64,000 nucleotides of DNA from Gekko japonicus. Taxonomy: Eukaryota. The notes under the pieces were generated by a model that worked only from the letters and a program-made list of their open reading frames with translations, did no database searches and was not told the origin of the DNA. The DNA is taken from contig NW_015163194.1 in assembly GCF_001447785.1 (NCBI RefSeq), positions 62,001 through 126,000 of the forward strand. Reading direction: 5' to 3'. Numbering within the stretch: the stretch's first letter is position 1; each line of letters opens with the position of its first letter. Positions 51,033 through 61,846 of this stretch are shown here, piece by piece. Position numbers and translations under genes: made by a program.

Positions 51033-51968
51033 ATGGAACACGAGAATTACACTGTCGTAAATGAGTTCGTTCTCCGGGCATTAGCATGGAATTGGGAACT
51101 GCAGCTGTTCCTCTCTGCCCTCCTCCTCATATTATATGTCATCATCTTACCTGGGAATATCCTTATCATTGTAACGATTAAGACTGATGTCCACTTAGAG
51201 TCCCCCATGTTTTTCTTCTTGGCCAATCTGGCCATCATGGATATTTGCTATAGCACTGTCACCCCTCCAAACATGATGGCCAACCTCTTCAATGAACAAA
51301 AGACCATCTCCTATCAAGGCTGCATGGCTCAGATGTTTTTCATCCATTTCCTGGGTGGGGCTGAGTTTTTCCTACTCATAGCCATGGCCATTGACCGGTA
51401 TGTGGCCATCTGCCACCCCTTACACTATGCTACCATAGTGACCAAAGTGGTTTGCTGGGTGTTGGTCTTATGTGCATGGGGCGGAGGCTTCATACACTCT
51501 ATGACCCAGATGGTTCTCATCATCCCACTCCCATTCTGTGGTCCGAATGAATTGGACAACTTCTTCTGTGACGTTACCCAGATCATCCGGCTGGCCTGCG
51601 CCAACACCTACTCCTTGGAGTACGCCATGTTTATCAACAGTGGCCTGGTCACCACTGCGTGCTTCATCCTCCTCCTCATCTCCTACGGTGCCCTGCTCAT
51701 CAAGGTGAAGATGGGCTCCGGCCAAGGGAAGAGCAAAGCCGCCTCCACTTGTGTCACCCACATCATCATCGTCTTCATCATGTTCTGTCCGGCCATTTAC
51801 ATTTACTGCCATCCTTTCCGGGACTTCCCCTTCGACAAGTTGGTGGGTTTATTCCACACCGTGGTCTTTCCCTTGATGAATCCCATGATCTACACTTTGA
51901 GGAACAAAGAGGTGAAGGTTGCTATGCTCCGAATGCTCAGGAAATATAAGCCTAAGAGGGACAAGTGA
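51033..51968 (+). CDS. Olfactory receptor, family 4, OR4N-like paralog a (311 aa)
   Basis: NYT sequon, IILPGN, SPMFFFL, MAIDRYVAICHPLHY, STCVTHIII, FHTVVFPLMNPMIYTLRN; acceptor ttagttgcag ends at 51016. Confidence 0.92.
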   Translation: MEHENYTVVNEFVLRALAWNWELQLFLSALLLILYVIILPGNILIIVTIKTDVHLESPMFFFLANLAIMDICYSTVTPPNMMANLFNEQKTISYQGCMAQMFFIHFLGGAEFFLLIAMAIDRYVAICHPLHYATIVTKVVCWVLVLCAWGGGFIHSMTQMVLIIPLPFCGPNELDNFFCDVTQIIRLACANTYSLEYAMFINSGLVTTACFILLLISYGALLIKVKMGSGQGKSKAASTCVTHIIIVFIMFCPAIYIYCHPFRDFPFDKLVGLFHTVVFPLMNPMIYTLRNKEVKVAMLRMLRKYKPKRDK

Positions 51969-52131
51969 AAACAAAATCAGATACAGTAACATAAAAGTTG
52001 ATTGTTCAGTTTGTTGTTTAATGTAAATCTATTCTTATAGACTGTTTAATACTGAATTAATTGACAAATGATTCTGTAGTAACTTTAGGGCTAGATAGGT
52101 TAATCATGTGTCTTCTACTCATAGGTACTTG

Positions 52132-52634
52132 CAGGGGTCATTTCGTAGAAAAAGAGGTTCAGGAGATCATTAGCATAACTCATTAGCATAACTTATTTGC
52201 CTATGCCACACCCTCTGACATCACTGGAAGTGTGTCAGAAGGCAACACCCACCGCTCAGGCTCAACTGGACTGTTTTGGATTGCTTTGGATTGCTAGCTA
52301 TTGGGAGGGGGGGGGGAAACGTGCAGATCTGCCCTCATAGAGGAGGGAGAGCTTGTACCTGAATAAAACTTGGTCTTAAAGGTGCCACTGGACTATTTTG
52401 GATTACTAGCTATGCAGGGGGAACGTGCAGATCTGCCCTCACAGAGGAGGGAGAGCTTGTACATGAGGGTGGGCTGGGGGGGGGCTCTGCAACTTACCTG
52501 GCTGCTTCTTGCTCCTCATGGCCCGACTGAGGGCTGCTGGGAGCAGGGGGCAGGGCTTGTTGCATGTGCCCGCCCCCTGGCCTCCTTACTGCCAGAGCTC
52601 CGCTCCTGTGCGTTCCCGCAGGAAATGACCTCTG
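52132..52634. mobile_element. hAT-type MITE (CAGGGGTCATTT family)
   Basis: TSD (g/a)gtacttg. Confidence 0.82.
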
Positions 52635-52915
52635 AGTACTTGAAAGAATTTAACCTATACAATGGGGGAAATAAATCCAAATGATCCAGTCATATGTTAG
52701 ACTGATGATTTAGCAAAGCTTTAGTATCTCTATAGTAACTGGCTAACATCATCCATGATCAAGGATGGGAAATTCTTAAATCACCTGTACGTAACCGCTC
52801 CTTATTCACACAACTTGCCTTAAATCTTTATGAATCTTTACGAATGTAAGCGGAGATACAGAATATATACCACATGCTCCTAACAATGAAGAGTATTTGT
52901 AATAAACTCACACAT

Positions 52916-53241
52916 GCCTGGTCACCACTGCATGCTTCAACCTCCTCCTCATCTCCTATGGTGCCCTGCTCATCAAGGTGAAGGTGGGCTCCGGCCAAGG
53001 GAAGAGCAAAGCGGCCTCCACTTGCATCACCCACATCCTCATCATCTTCGTCATGCTAGGTCCGGCCATTTACATTTACTGTCATCCTTTCCGGGACTTC
53101 CCCTTCGACAAGTTGGTGGGTTTCTTCCACACTGTGGTCTTTCCCTTGATGAATCCAATGATCTACACGCTGAGGAACAAGGAGGTCAAAGTTGCTGTGA
53201 TGAGACTGCTGAACAAGTATAATATCATGAGGGTTAAGTGA
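52916..53241 (+). pseudogene. 5'-truncated OR4N-like pseudogene (TM5 to C-terminus only)
   Basis: In-frame LVTTACFNLLLISY...KAASTCITH...NPMIYTLRNKEVK from 52918 to the stop, nearly identical to the 3' third of the 51033 gene. No TM1-4 sequence upstream. Confidence 0.9.
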
Positions 53242-53446
53242 AAACAAGGCAAGCCTTGGCTTATTGGTTTATTCCCTTTTTAAAATTGTGTAGTAGTAGC
53301 TGTAGGATCTCTGAAGTAACTGTATAGTAAATTCAGGTGGGTAGCTGTGTTGTTTTGAAACAATAGAACAAAGTTTGGGTCCAGCGGCACCTTTAAGACC
53401 AACAAAGTTTTATTCAAAGTATAAGCTTTTGTGTGCATGCACACTT

Positions 53447-53484
53447 GTATCTGAAGAAGAGTGCATGCACATGAAAGCTTATAC
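53447..53484 (+). ncRNA. Degenerate minimal hammerhead motif in a Penelope-derived palindromic repeat
   Basis: GTAT-CTGAAGA-A-GAGTG(CATG)CACAT-GAAA-GC-TT-ATAC; stem II is imperfect. Confidence 0.45.
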
Positions 53485-53485
53485 C

Positions 53486-53847
53486 CAGGGCTTTTTTTTT
53501 TTAGAAAAAGCCCAGCAGGAACCCATTAGCATATTAGGCCACACCCATGACAGCACAGCTCATTAGCATATTAGGCCACACCCCGTGTTACCAGAAGTGT
53601 GGTCATCCAGCCACACCCACCTTTTGCTTCTTATTCTGTTTACCTTGTTTGTTGTCAAAACCCAGGGCCTTTTTTTGTAGCAGGAACTCCTTTGCATGTT
53701 AGGCCACACACCCCTGATGTAGCCAATCCTAATGAGTTCCTGCCACGGGGTGTGGCCTATTATGCTAATGGGTTCCTGCTGGGTGTGGCCAACTTGGGAG
53801 CCAGCTGGAACTCCGTTCCTGTGCTTTCCTGCCCAAAAATAGCCCTG
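53486..53847. mobile_element. hAT-type MITE inserted in a Penelope-derived palindrome (53335-53900)
   Basis: CAGGGCT TIR; perfect TSD CTTATACC. Confidence 0.88.
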
Positions 53848-54569
53848 CTTATACCCAGAATCAAACCTTGTTGGTCTTAACGGTGCCACTGGACTCCAAC
53901 TTTGTGTAGTAAATTGACAGTTACGTAATGTTTAGGGCAAGGTAGGCTTTTCCTCCACACTCTGAAGGAATGAAGCTATACAAGAGGATAAAGCAAACTC
54001 CAACAGATATCTAGATTGCACAACAGTATGGTGGAATATCCCTGTAGCAATAGCATATTTAGCGGTTTGTCAAAAATAATCTATCCTTAAGACTGGGAAA
54101 AAAAACTAGAGGCATATGGACTTTAATAATGCTATTCTTATTAAATCCTCCACCCACCGGAAATGTGGAGAATATTCCTAGCACTCCTCATAAGAAATCA
54201 AGTCACACAGCAAAGCCATATAATGTATATGCCTCCAATCAATCCCAGAAGCTGTTTTGTTAGGAATATTCTGGGTGTGATTGTGGACATACCCCACAGT
54301 ATTACCTACAGAGGTGATCGTAAGAGGATTCCAGAGGAGTAGTTGTGTTAGTGTATAGTAAGAAATAGCTACGTTGCACCTGAAATGCTAACCGGCTGTT
54401 CTTCTTGTAGAAGCTTTTTGGGTACTAGAGCCAGCTGCCTGATGAGAAGCCCATGACATGCAGGATGAGACATTACTACTTAAATAATTGGCATAATCAA
54501 GACAAATACTGAGACCATTCACAACACCCATGAATTGGCTCCCTGGTTTTGCGGCTTCATCCCTGTAAT

Positions 54570-54872
54570 CAGGGGTCGTTTCGTAGAAAAAGAGCTAGGG
54601 AGAACTCATTAGCATAACTCATTAGCATATGCCACACCCCCTGACATCACCAGAAGTGTGTCATAAGGCCACACNNNNNNNNNNNNNNNNNNNNNNNNNN
54701 NNNNNNNNNNNNNNNNNNNNNNNNNNNNNNNNNNNNNNNNNNNNNNNNNNNNNNNNNNNNNNNNNNNNNNNNNNNNNNNNNNNNNNNNNNNNNNNNNNNN
54801 NNNNNNNNNNNNNNNNNNNNNNNNACTCTGGGGAACTGCGTTCCCCCACGTTCCCCCCCGAAATGACCTCTA
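54570..54872. mobile_element. hAT-type MITE (gapped)
   Basis: TSD CCTGTAAT. Confidence 0.8.
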
Positions 54873-55512
54873 CCTGTAATGATGGAGGAATCCAAAGCCC
54901 TTGTTCATAAGGAGACAGACTTCCTTTACTGACAAGACAGATGCTTCTTCAAGGGTGTGGTCACTGCTGGTGCACATGTCTTCCTTACACCTTTGTAGCG
55001 AAGTCAAAGCAGACTCAGGACAACGCTCCCTCTAAGCTGTGGAGTCTTGTGAGCAAAAATTCTACTTCGTGAGCGACTGGCATTAAAGTTGTGAGCAGGC
55101 AATCTGGCTACTGCGTAAATTAGTTTGCTCTGGAGCCATTCTCTCTACTTTTCTCATCTTTGAGATCAGAGTTCCACAGTATCCATCCAAAGATGGGGAG
55201 ACAATCAGGACCACATGCAAAAGGGCCACAGAATGTGACTAGTCCTGTGCGGTATTTTGTGTGATAATGTGGGATACACATTAGTCCATCAAGGCAGAGA
55301 AAGGGTGTGCAGGTCTTGATTTTGTGTAATGTTGCATTTATTTATTTATTTATTTGTTTATTTGTTTGTTTATAATTTCCTGCCTTCTACCGCCTTTCCC
55401 AGAATTCACAGAGCTCAGGGCGGTCGACAACAAAAAAGATACAATATAAAATCCAACAATAAATAGTTAAAAGTTGAAAATAATATAAGATGGTGTCAGA
55501 ATAAATACAAAA

Positions 55513-56335
55513 TGTATCACTGACTTCTGGCAGCGAGAGTGAAAAGTACTGAGACTGACTAGTGACTTCAGCTCTCATTCTTTATTTCCAGTGTAGAACA
55601 AGACAAAGTTACCGGCTCGCAGGCCGGTTTATAAAGGCACACACCCCACACCCCAAACACACCCCTACACCAGTGATAGGTTATTTACAGTGGTCAAGAG
55701 TTCCATAGGCTCTCGGCCGGGACCTAGCCCACCGATTGGTGCAAACTAGGATCCGCTTGGCCCATTGTTCCTGGGAGCACATCTTGGTCGCTTTGCATTA
55801 CCGCGTGGAGACCAAGCCTCGCATGCAGTCGGAGATGAATACATTACAGAGAGAAAGCAGGGGGGGGAAGGGGGAGGGAGTGCCGGATAAGGTGGGAATC
55901 CGTGGCTGTCACCAACCAAAAGCCTGGTGGGACATCTCTGCCTTACACGCCCTAACTCCACTTGCCCCAAAGATAGGTCTCAAAACAGGCATGATAAAGA
56001 GAGTCATCCATATTCAATGATTGGTCAACAGATGTATATATTGAGAAAGGTTCTTGACCAAGTACCCTGTCTAATGATTGGATATTCAGTGAAGCACTTA
56101 GTCAGTCCTGTGAACTGCTGCAAGGCTGTATATACTCTTCCACAAGTATTCCGCTACTTCTGACTTTAAACTACCGTCAGGGAAGGGGGAGGGAGTGCCG
56201 GATAAGGTGGAATCCGTGGCTTTCCTCAACCAAAAGCCTGGTGGAACATCTCTGCCTTACACGCCCTAACTCCACTTGCCCCAAAGATAGGTCTCAAAAC
56301 AGGCATGATAAAGAGAGTCATCCATATTGCTCGTT
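55513..56335 (-). mobile_element. Probable solo LTR with internal ~150-bp duplication
   Basis: Minus-strand TATAAA (~55630) and AATAAA (~55582); repeat 55865-56013 / 56179-56328. Boundaries uncertain. Confidence 0.5.
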
Positions 56336-56519
56336 ATCCCCAGAGACCTGGGCATGGCCATTTCGGGCATGGCCAAAAAGTGAAAAGTCCAGTTGCATCT
56401 TTAAGACTAACAAACTTTATTGTAGCATAAGCTTTCAAGAAACACAGCTCTCTTCATCAGATGCACAGCTAACTCCCCTGGATCTACGCCCAAAAAGGAC
56501 TCAGCATATCTTCTGCTTG

Positions 56520-56810
56520 CAGAAATGGTCTGAAACATTAGTTTGGTGCTAACTTTTTAATAAGGTCCTTGGGGACTGACAGAAGGAGCAATGCACCAGG
56601 AGTCTGTGTGTCCTTAGATACACCTGCTCACTCCAGGCTCTCCTAGAGCCAGGAGCAATACAGCTGTGGTGATCTGGAAGCCTTCTTTCTGCCTGAGGCA
56701 CTGCCAGTCACTTGGAAGGAAACAGTGGTGAGTGACTCTCTTCTCCTTTCCTCTCCTCCAACTGATCTTCTGGGCCATCCTTCAACTCTTTGCTAGAAGA
56801 ACCTTCTCAA
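56520..56810 (+). promoter_or_regulatory. Putative OR4N-b promoter and non-coding first exon
   Basis: AACTTTTTAATAA (56551-56563) next to O/E-like TCCTTGGGGA (56566-56575); donor GTGAGT at 56728; block is homologous to 43096-43375. Confidence 0.6.
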
Positions 56811-57099
56811 CGGATCCACTCAGGGCTCTTCCATCCTGCTGGCCAGAGCTTTGCATAAATGTTTGCTCCAGAGTAGTCGAATGGATCTATCAGACTGTCT
56901 ACTAGAATAATTTTTGGGACCTTTCACAAAGATCAGCCTTCCCGAGCAACTCATTTCTGCTCCCTGATGAACCCACAGGTACAGAAAGGCAGAGAACAGT
57001 AGGACACAGAAACCTCTTCTTCTTCTTCTTCTTCTCCTTCTCCTTCTCCTTCTCCTTCTCCTTCTTCTCCTCCTCCTCCTCCGCCCAGTGTTCATGTTC

Positions 57100-57480
57100 A
57101 ATTAGATGTTGCATTATTCTGGGTGAGGAGTTGTTTGAGACAGGGGGCTGTCTGTACACAAGAAAAGGTTTGCCTCCCAGTACTTGTGAAAGAGAGCTGT
57201 CATTATCCAGTAGAGGTTGTAAGTCACTGATGATGCATTGAACTGTTTTGAGCTGGGAGCTCTATGTGACCACTAGTGGTGTCCTATTATTCCTCTTTTG
57301 GGCCTGTCTTCCAACACCACTAGTGGTGTCCTATTATTCCCTCTTTTGGGCCTGTCTTCTAACACCACTAGTGGTGTTCTATTATTCCCTCTTTTGGGCC
57401 TGTTCCCTGACTTCATCAGGTGGATACTTTGGTTCCAAAAGGGTATATTGTAGATCATTCAGGCCAGAGTCTTCATAAGT
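57100..57480 (-). mobile_element. Penelope-like element fragment with 3x ~48-bp internal tandem repeat
   Basis: RTPLVVT...LQPLLDNDSSLSQVLGGKPFLVYRQPP motif. Confidence 0.75.
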
Positions 57481-58354
57481 CGAAAGCGCCTTGATGGCAT
57501 TTAACTGATCCACCTCTGTGAGCTCCTGTGTCTGATAGCTTGGATTCACTGGAGCTATTCCACAGATGGAAGGACTTGGCTCCCTTGCCTTCCCACTCTT
57601 GCTGCGGTCCAAAATGCACCCGGAATATTGCTCCTGGGGGGACAAGGTGCTGTAGGTGGGAAGCCTGCCATTTCTGGAGATGGTCTGACAGTTCCAAGTC
57701 CTCATGTCTTGGCTACTCCATTGCATGGCAAGGAGATCCACACACAAGGGCATTCGGGGGAAAACACCTGGGTGAATATAAAATGAAAATGGAAGCCTCT
57801 ATGAAATTTAATAAGGAAAACAAATAATAAGAATAAAATTACATGGGTTTTTGTGGACTTGAGTTCAGTCCATCAAATGCATGCCGTGGGGCTTCACCAG
57901 ACAGATCAAAGGCAGTATTCGCCTTAAGAAAGGCCAATCGATAAGAGAAGAATGCCAGCAACAGTTTGATGACTGGCAACAAGGGAGGCCATTAGGGACA
58001 GATTTGCATGAGTGACCCAGGATGTATGTAGTGGCAGCTTGCAATGACAACCAGCCAGTTCACATATGTCTTCTTCTTGCCACCTAGAGGGACCACAGAA
58101 CGCGCAGCCTTCCATCATCTCCCGGATCAGAAACGTTTGGTGCGACGAAAGACTCAGAGCCAGCCTTGGGATTGGTTCCCATTTGGAAAACCGGACCAGG
58201 TAATTCGGAACTGCAGAAATCTGGGGAGAAAGATCATTTCAGGACCATTTGTAGCTAACCTACTCAATGGCAACAGTATAACAAGATATATATGCAAAGA
58301 GGAGATGTACACTTCTTAGTTGTGCCTTGATACACATCCCAACCACCATTTCTG

Positions 58355-58430
58355 TTTTTGTTGTTGCTGTTCAGTCGCACAGTCGAGTCCGACTCTTCGC
58401 GACCCCATGGACCAGATCACGCCAGGCCTT
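58355..58430 (-). mobile_element. BovB 3' terminal stub
   Basis: Reverse complement of about 15375-15445. Confidence 0.8.
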
Positions 58431-58515
58431 CTGTTTCTGTATTCCCTCCCTAATATATGTTTCTGTGAATAATATTAACAATAGCAACCCCACTACAGTG
58501 CTATGCATTTTAAGG

Positions 58516-59451
58516 ATGGAACATGGGAATCACACAATGGTGACCGAGTTTCTTCTCCAAGGATTAGCAAAGAATTGGGAGTTACAGCTGTTCCTCTCTG
58601 CCCTCCTGCTCCTCTTCTATGTCATCATTCTACCAGGGAATATCCTTATCATTGTGACAATCCGGACTGACCCCCGCCTAGGGTCCCCCATGTTTTTCTT
58701 CTTGTCCAGTCTGGCCTTGATGGACATCTGCTATAGCACCGTCACCCCTCCAAAGATGATGGCCAACCTCTTCACTCGCCAGAAAACCATCTCCTATCAA
58801 GGCTGCTTGGCTCAAATCTTTTTCATCCACTTCCTAGGTGGGGCTGAGATCTGCCTGCTCATTGCCATGGCTGTTGACCGGTATGTGGCCATTTGCCACC
58901 CACTGCATTATGCCACGATGGTGACCAGAGCCGTTTGCTGGGCGCTAGTAGTAGGCTCTTGGGCCGGAGGCTTCATGCACTCTATGATCCAGATGCTTCT
59001 CATCATCCCGCTCCCCTTTTGCGGTCCGAACGAACTGGACAACTTCTTCTGTGACATCACCCAGATCATCAAGTTGGCCTGCACCAACACCTACGCCTTG
59101 GAGTTTGCCATGTTCATCAATAGCGGCCTGGTCACCACCACGTGCTTTATCATCCTCCTCGTCTCCTACGGGGTCTTGCTGGTCAAAGTGAGGACAGGTT
59201 CGGCCCTGGGGAAGAACAAAGCCGCGTCCACGTGCATCACCCACATCCTCATCGTCTTCATTATGTTTGGCCCGGCCATCTATATCTACTGCCACCCTTT
59301 CCAGGACTTCTCATTTGACAAGGTGGTGGCATTTTTCCACACTGTGGTCTTTCCCTTGATGAACCCCATGATCTACACCTTGAGGAACAAGGAAATCAAA
59401 GCTGCAATGCTCAGACTGCTGAAGAAAAGTAAACCTAGAAGGGACAAGTAA
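58516..59451 (+). CDS. Olfactory receptor, family 4, OR4N-like paralog b (311 aa)
   Basis: Close paralog of 51033-51968 (MEHGNHTMVTEF, MAVDRYVAICHPLHY, NPMIYTLRN); ATG at 58516. Confidence 0.92.
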   Translation: MEHGNHTMVTEFLLQGLAKNWELQLFLSALLLLFYVIILPGNILIIVTIRTDPRLGSPMFFFLSSLALMDICYSTVTPPKMMANLFTRQKTISYQGCLAQIFFIHFLGGAEICLLIAMAVDRYVAICHPLHYATMVTRAVCWALVVGSWAGGFMHSMIQMLLIIPLPFCGPNELDNFFCDITQIIKLACTNTYALEFAMFINSGLVTTTCFIILLVSYGVLLVKVRTGSALGKNKAASTCITHILIVFIMFGPAIYIYCHPFQDFSFDKVVAFFHTVVFPLMNPMIYTLRNKEIKAAMLRLLKKSKPRRDK

Positions 59452-59569
59452 ATTAAAAAAAAAATACAATAATGTAACATTTGTTGTATTTATTTTTATT
59501 TATTTTTATTTTATTTTTCTTGTATACCACCCTCCCTGCAAGTTTTCCGTTTCTTGGGGTGTGTGCTAA

Positions 59570-60235
59570 CAGTAGAAAAGAGCAAGAGTCCAATAGCACC
59601 TGAAAGACTAACAAAATATGTGACAGGGTGTGAGCTTTTGTGAATCACTGCTCACTTCTTCAGATACAACTAGAATGGGAGTCCATCTGTTCTATTTATT
59701 GGGTAATGGAGTGGTTTCAGATGCTGAATAAGGACAAAGAAGAAAAAAAGGGGGGGGGGAACTGAACCTAAACCTAGAATTCAGAACCTAAAAAGGTTAG
59801 TCAGGAATAGAAAAGGGCCAACTCTAAAAATCTAATTATAAAATATACAAAAATAGTAAAGAAGGGGGCGGGGCTTCACCACGTGACCGCCCCGCCCCCT
59901 AGAGGTTCTCTTCCGGAGCTCCGTACCTGAGAGCTCCCCCCCGACTAGAGCCCTGAATAAAAGTGTATGAGTTTGGATAGATTTTTAGAGTTGGCCCTTT
60001 TCTATTCCTGACTAACCTTTTTAGGTTCTGAATTCAGATGCTGAATGACATTAGAAGGCAAATGACAATAGCAGGCATGATGATTTAGGGGAGATATGCA
60101 GAGGGGTAATAGGCGTGGAGTGAGCAGTGACTCGCACTCATCCCCTGCCACGTATTTTGTAGTCTTTAAGGTGCTACTGGACTCCTGCTCTTTTCTACTG
60201 CTACAGACACACTAACATGGCTGCCCATCTTGATC
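59570..60235. mobile_element. Penelope-derived palindromic repeat containing a second inverted-repeat insertion (59730-60032)
   Basis: gagtcca.tagcacct arms; 14-bp direct repeat TTCAGATGCTGAAT around the insertion. Confidence 0.65.
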
Positions 60236-60237
60236 GG

Positions 60238-60884
60238 GGTGCTAACAATGAAGTATCTGAAAAGTAATTCTGTAGTGACCTAATTGATAGCATATTAGAG
60301 CTAGATATGATGTCAACCATCTCTCCTCAAGTACTTGGAGGAAATTAATATATGCACCAGGGAAAAGACACCTAGTTCATCTAGACTGGTGTATTAGATT
60401 CATCATATAGCAATGCTGTAGCATTTCTATAGTCATGTGCCAAAAACATCGTCTCTTGAGTCACGTCCTCTGTACTCACACAACTCTCTGCATTCCAGAA
60501 CTCACATGCTTATAATGATGAAGAGTATTGGTAATAACCAGGGGTCATTTCCTAGAAAAACCTCTTCTAATCAGTCCTATGGTGCTAACAATGAAGTATC
60601 TGAAAAGTTATTCTGTAGTGACCTAATTGATAACATATTAGGGCTAGAGATGATGTCAACCACCTCTCCTCAAGTACTTGGAGGAAATTAATATATGCAC
60701 CAGGGAAATGACACCTAGTTCATCTAGACTGGTGTATTAGATTCATCATATAGCAATGCTGTAGCATTTCTATAGTCATGTGCCAAAAACATCAGGTCTC
60801 TTGAGTCATGTCCTCTGTACTCACCCAACTCTCTACATTCCAGAACTCACATGCTTGTAATGATGAAGAGTATTGGTAATAACC
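60238..60884. repeat. Tandem duplication of ~300 bp (offset ~343)
   Basis: ggtgctaacaatgaag...gagtattggtaataacc occurs twice. Confidence 0.9.
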
Positions 60885-61284
60885 TGCCATGAGAGGGAGG
60901 TCTGTCCTCTTCTAATCAGTCCTATGAGCCGTATGTAAATAAATGTTGTAGTATTAAATACAGACCCAAGAAGGGTTGATGTTGTACTATTTATGTCCAA
61001 ACGAGCCATTGCAGGAAAGGCATGGTCACCTGTGATCCATGCAAACTTCGCCCATATCACCTTGTTAAACTGAAGCACACACCTGATGTAAAGTCATCAT
61101 ACTAAGCATGTCCGTCATCTCCCACATGTGGCAACCAAAGGAGCTGGACAGGTGGGCTGAATCTGTCTTCAAAATGGCTGGTCCGTCCATTTCCACATGT
61201 GTACGCTATTGGACTTGCAAAAGACATCTGCAGAGCTGTTCTCCTGATCTGCATGGTAATATTCAGTTGGGTAACTGACATTTT

Positions 61285-61800
61285 TATTATTTATTTATTT
61301 ATTCATTCATTCATCACATTTATATCCCGTCCATCCCGTGGGCAGGCTCAGGGCGGGTGACATCACTTCAATAAATACAATAAGATTTAAAACACAGTAT
61401 AAACATATAAAATCAGTAGTCATCACTTCCCACTGGGAGATTCCGACCCAGTTAATGCCAATAAATATGGCCGATTATCAGTGAGTTGGTGACAGCAATG
61501 TGTAAGATCCCACAGGACCCTGATCTCAATAGGGAGCATGTCCCACCAGGTAGGGGCCAGGGCAGAAAAAAAACCTGGCCCTGGTCAAGGGTAAGCAGAC
61601 ATCTTTTGGGCCAGGGACCACCAGGAGATGTTGATTGTCAGAGCATAAAACTCTTTGGGTCATATATGGGAAGAGGCGGTCCCTTAGGTATGTTAGTCCC
61701 AGGCAGTATAAGGCATTAAAGGTTATTACCAACACCTTGACGTGAATCCAGTACTCTGGTAACCAATGCAGTTGGTGAAGCACATAGAGAGCTTGTGGGA
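61285..61800 (-). mobile_element. L2 LINE 3' fragment
   Basis: LHQLHWLP...FNALY.LG..YLRDRL motif. Confidence 0.75.
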
Positions 61801-61846
61801 GACCCAAGCTTGGATTGAACTACAAGTGCAATTCCATGACTGGAAG

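Noticed and set aside
57270-57402. CRISPR-like 48-bp repeats with a palindromic core
   Set aside because: No unique spacers; it is a tandem duplication inside a Penelope ORF in a vertebrate genome.
58327-58515. 63-aa N-terminal extension of OR4N-b (likewise 28652-28771 and 38858-38932)
   Set aside because: Non-ATG starts in probable intron sequence upstream of splice acceptors; the 58327 extension includes a BovB stub.
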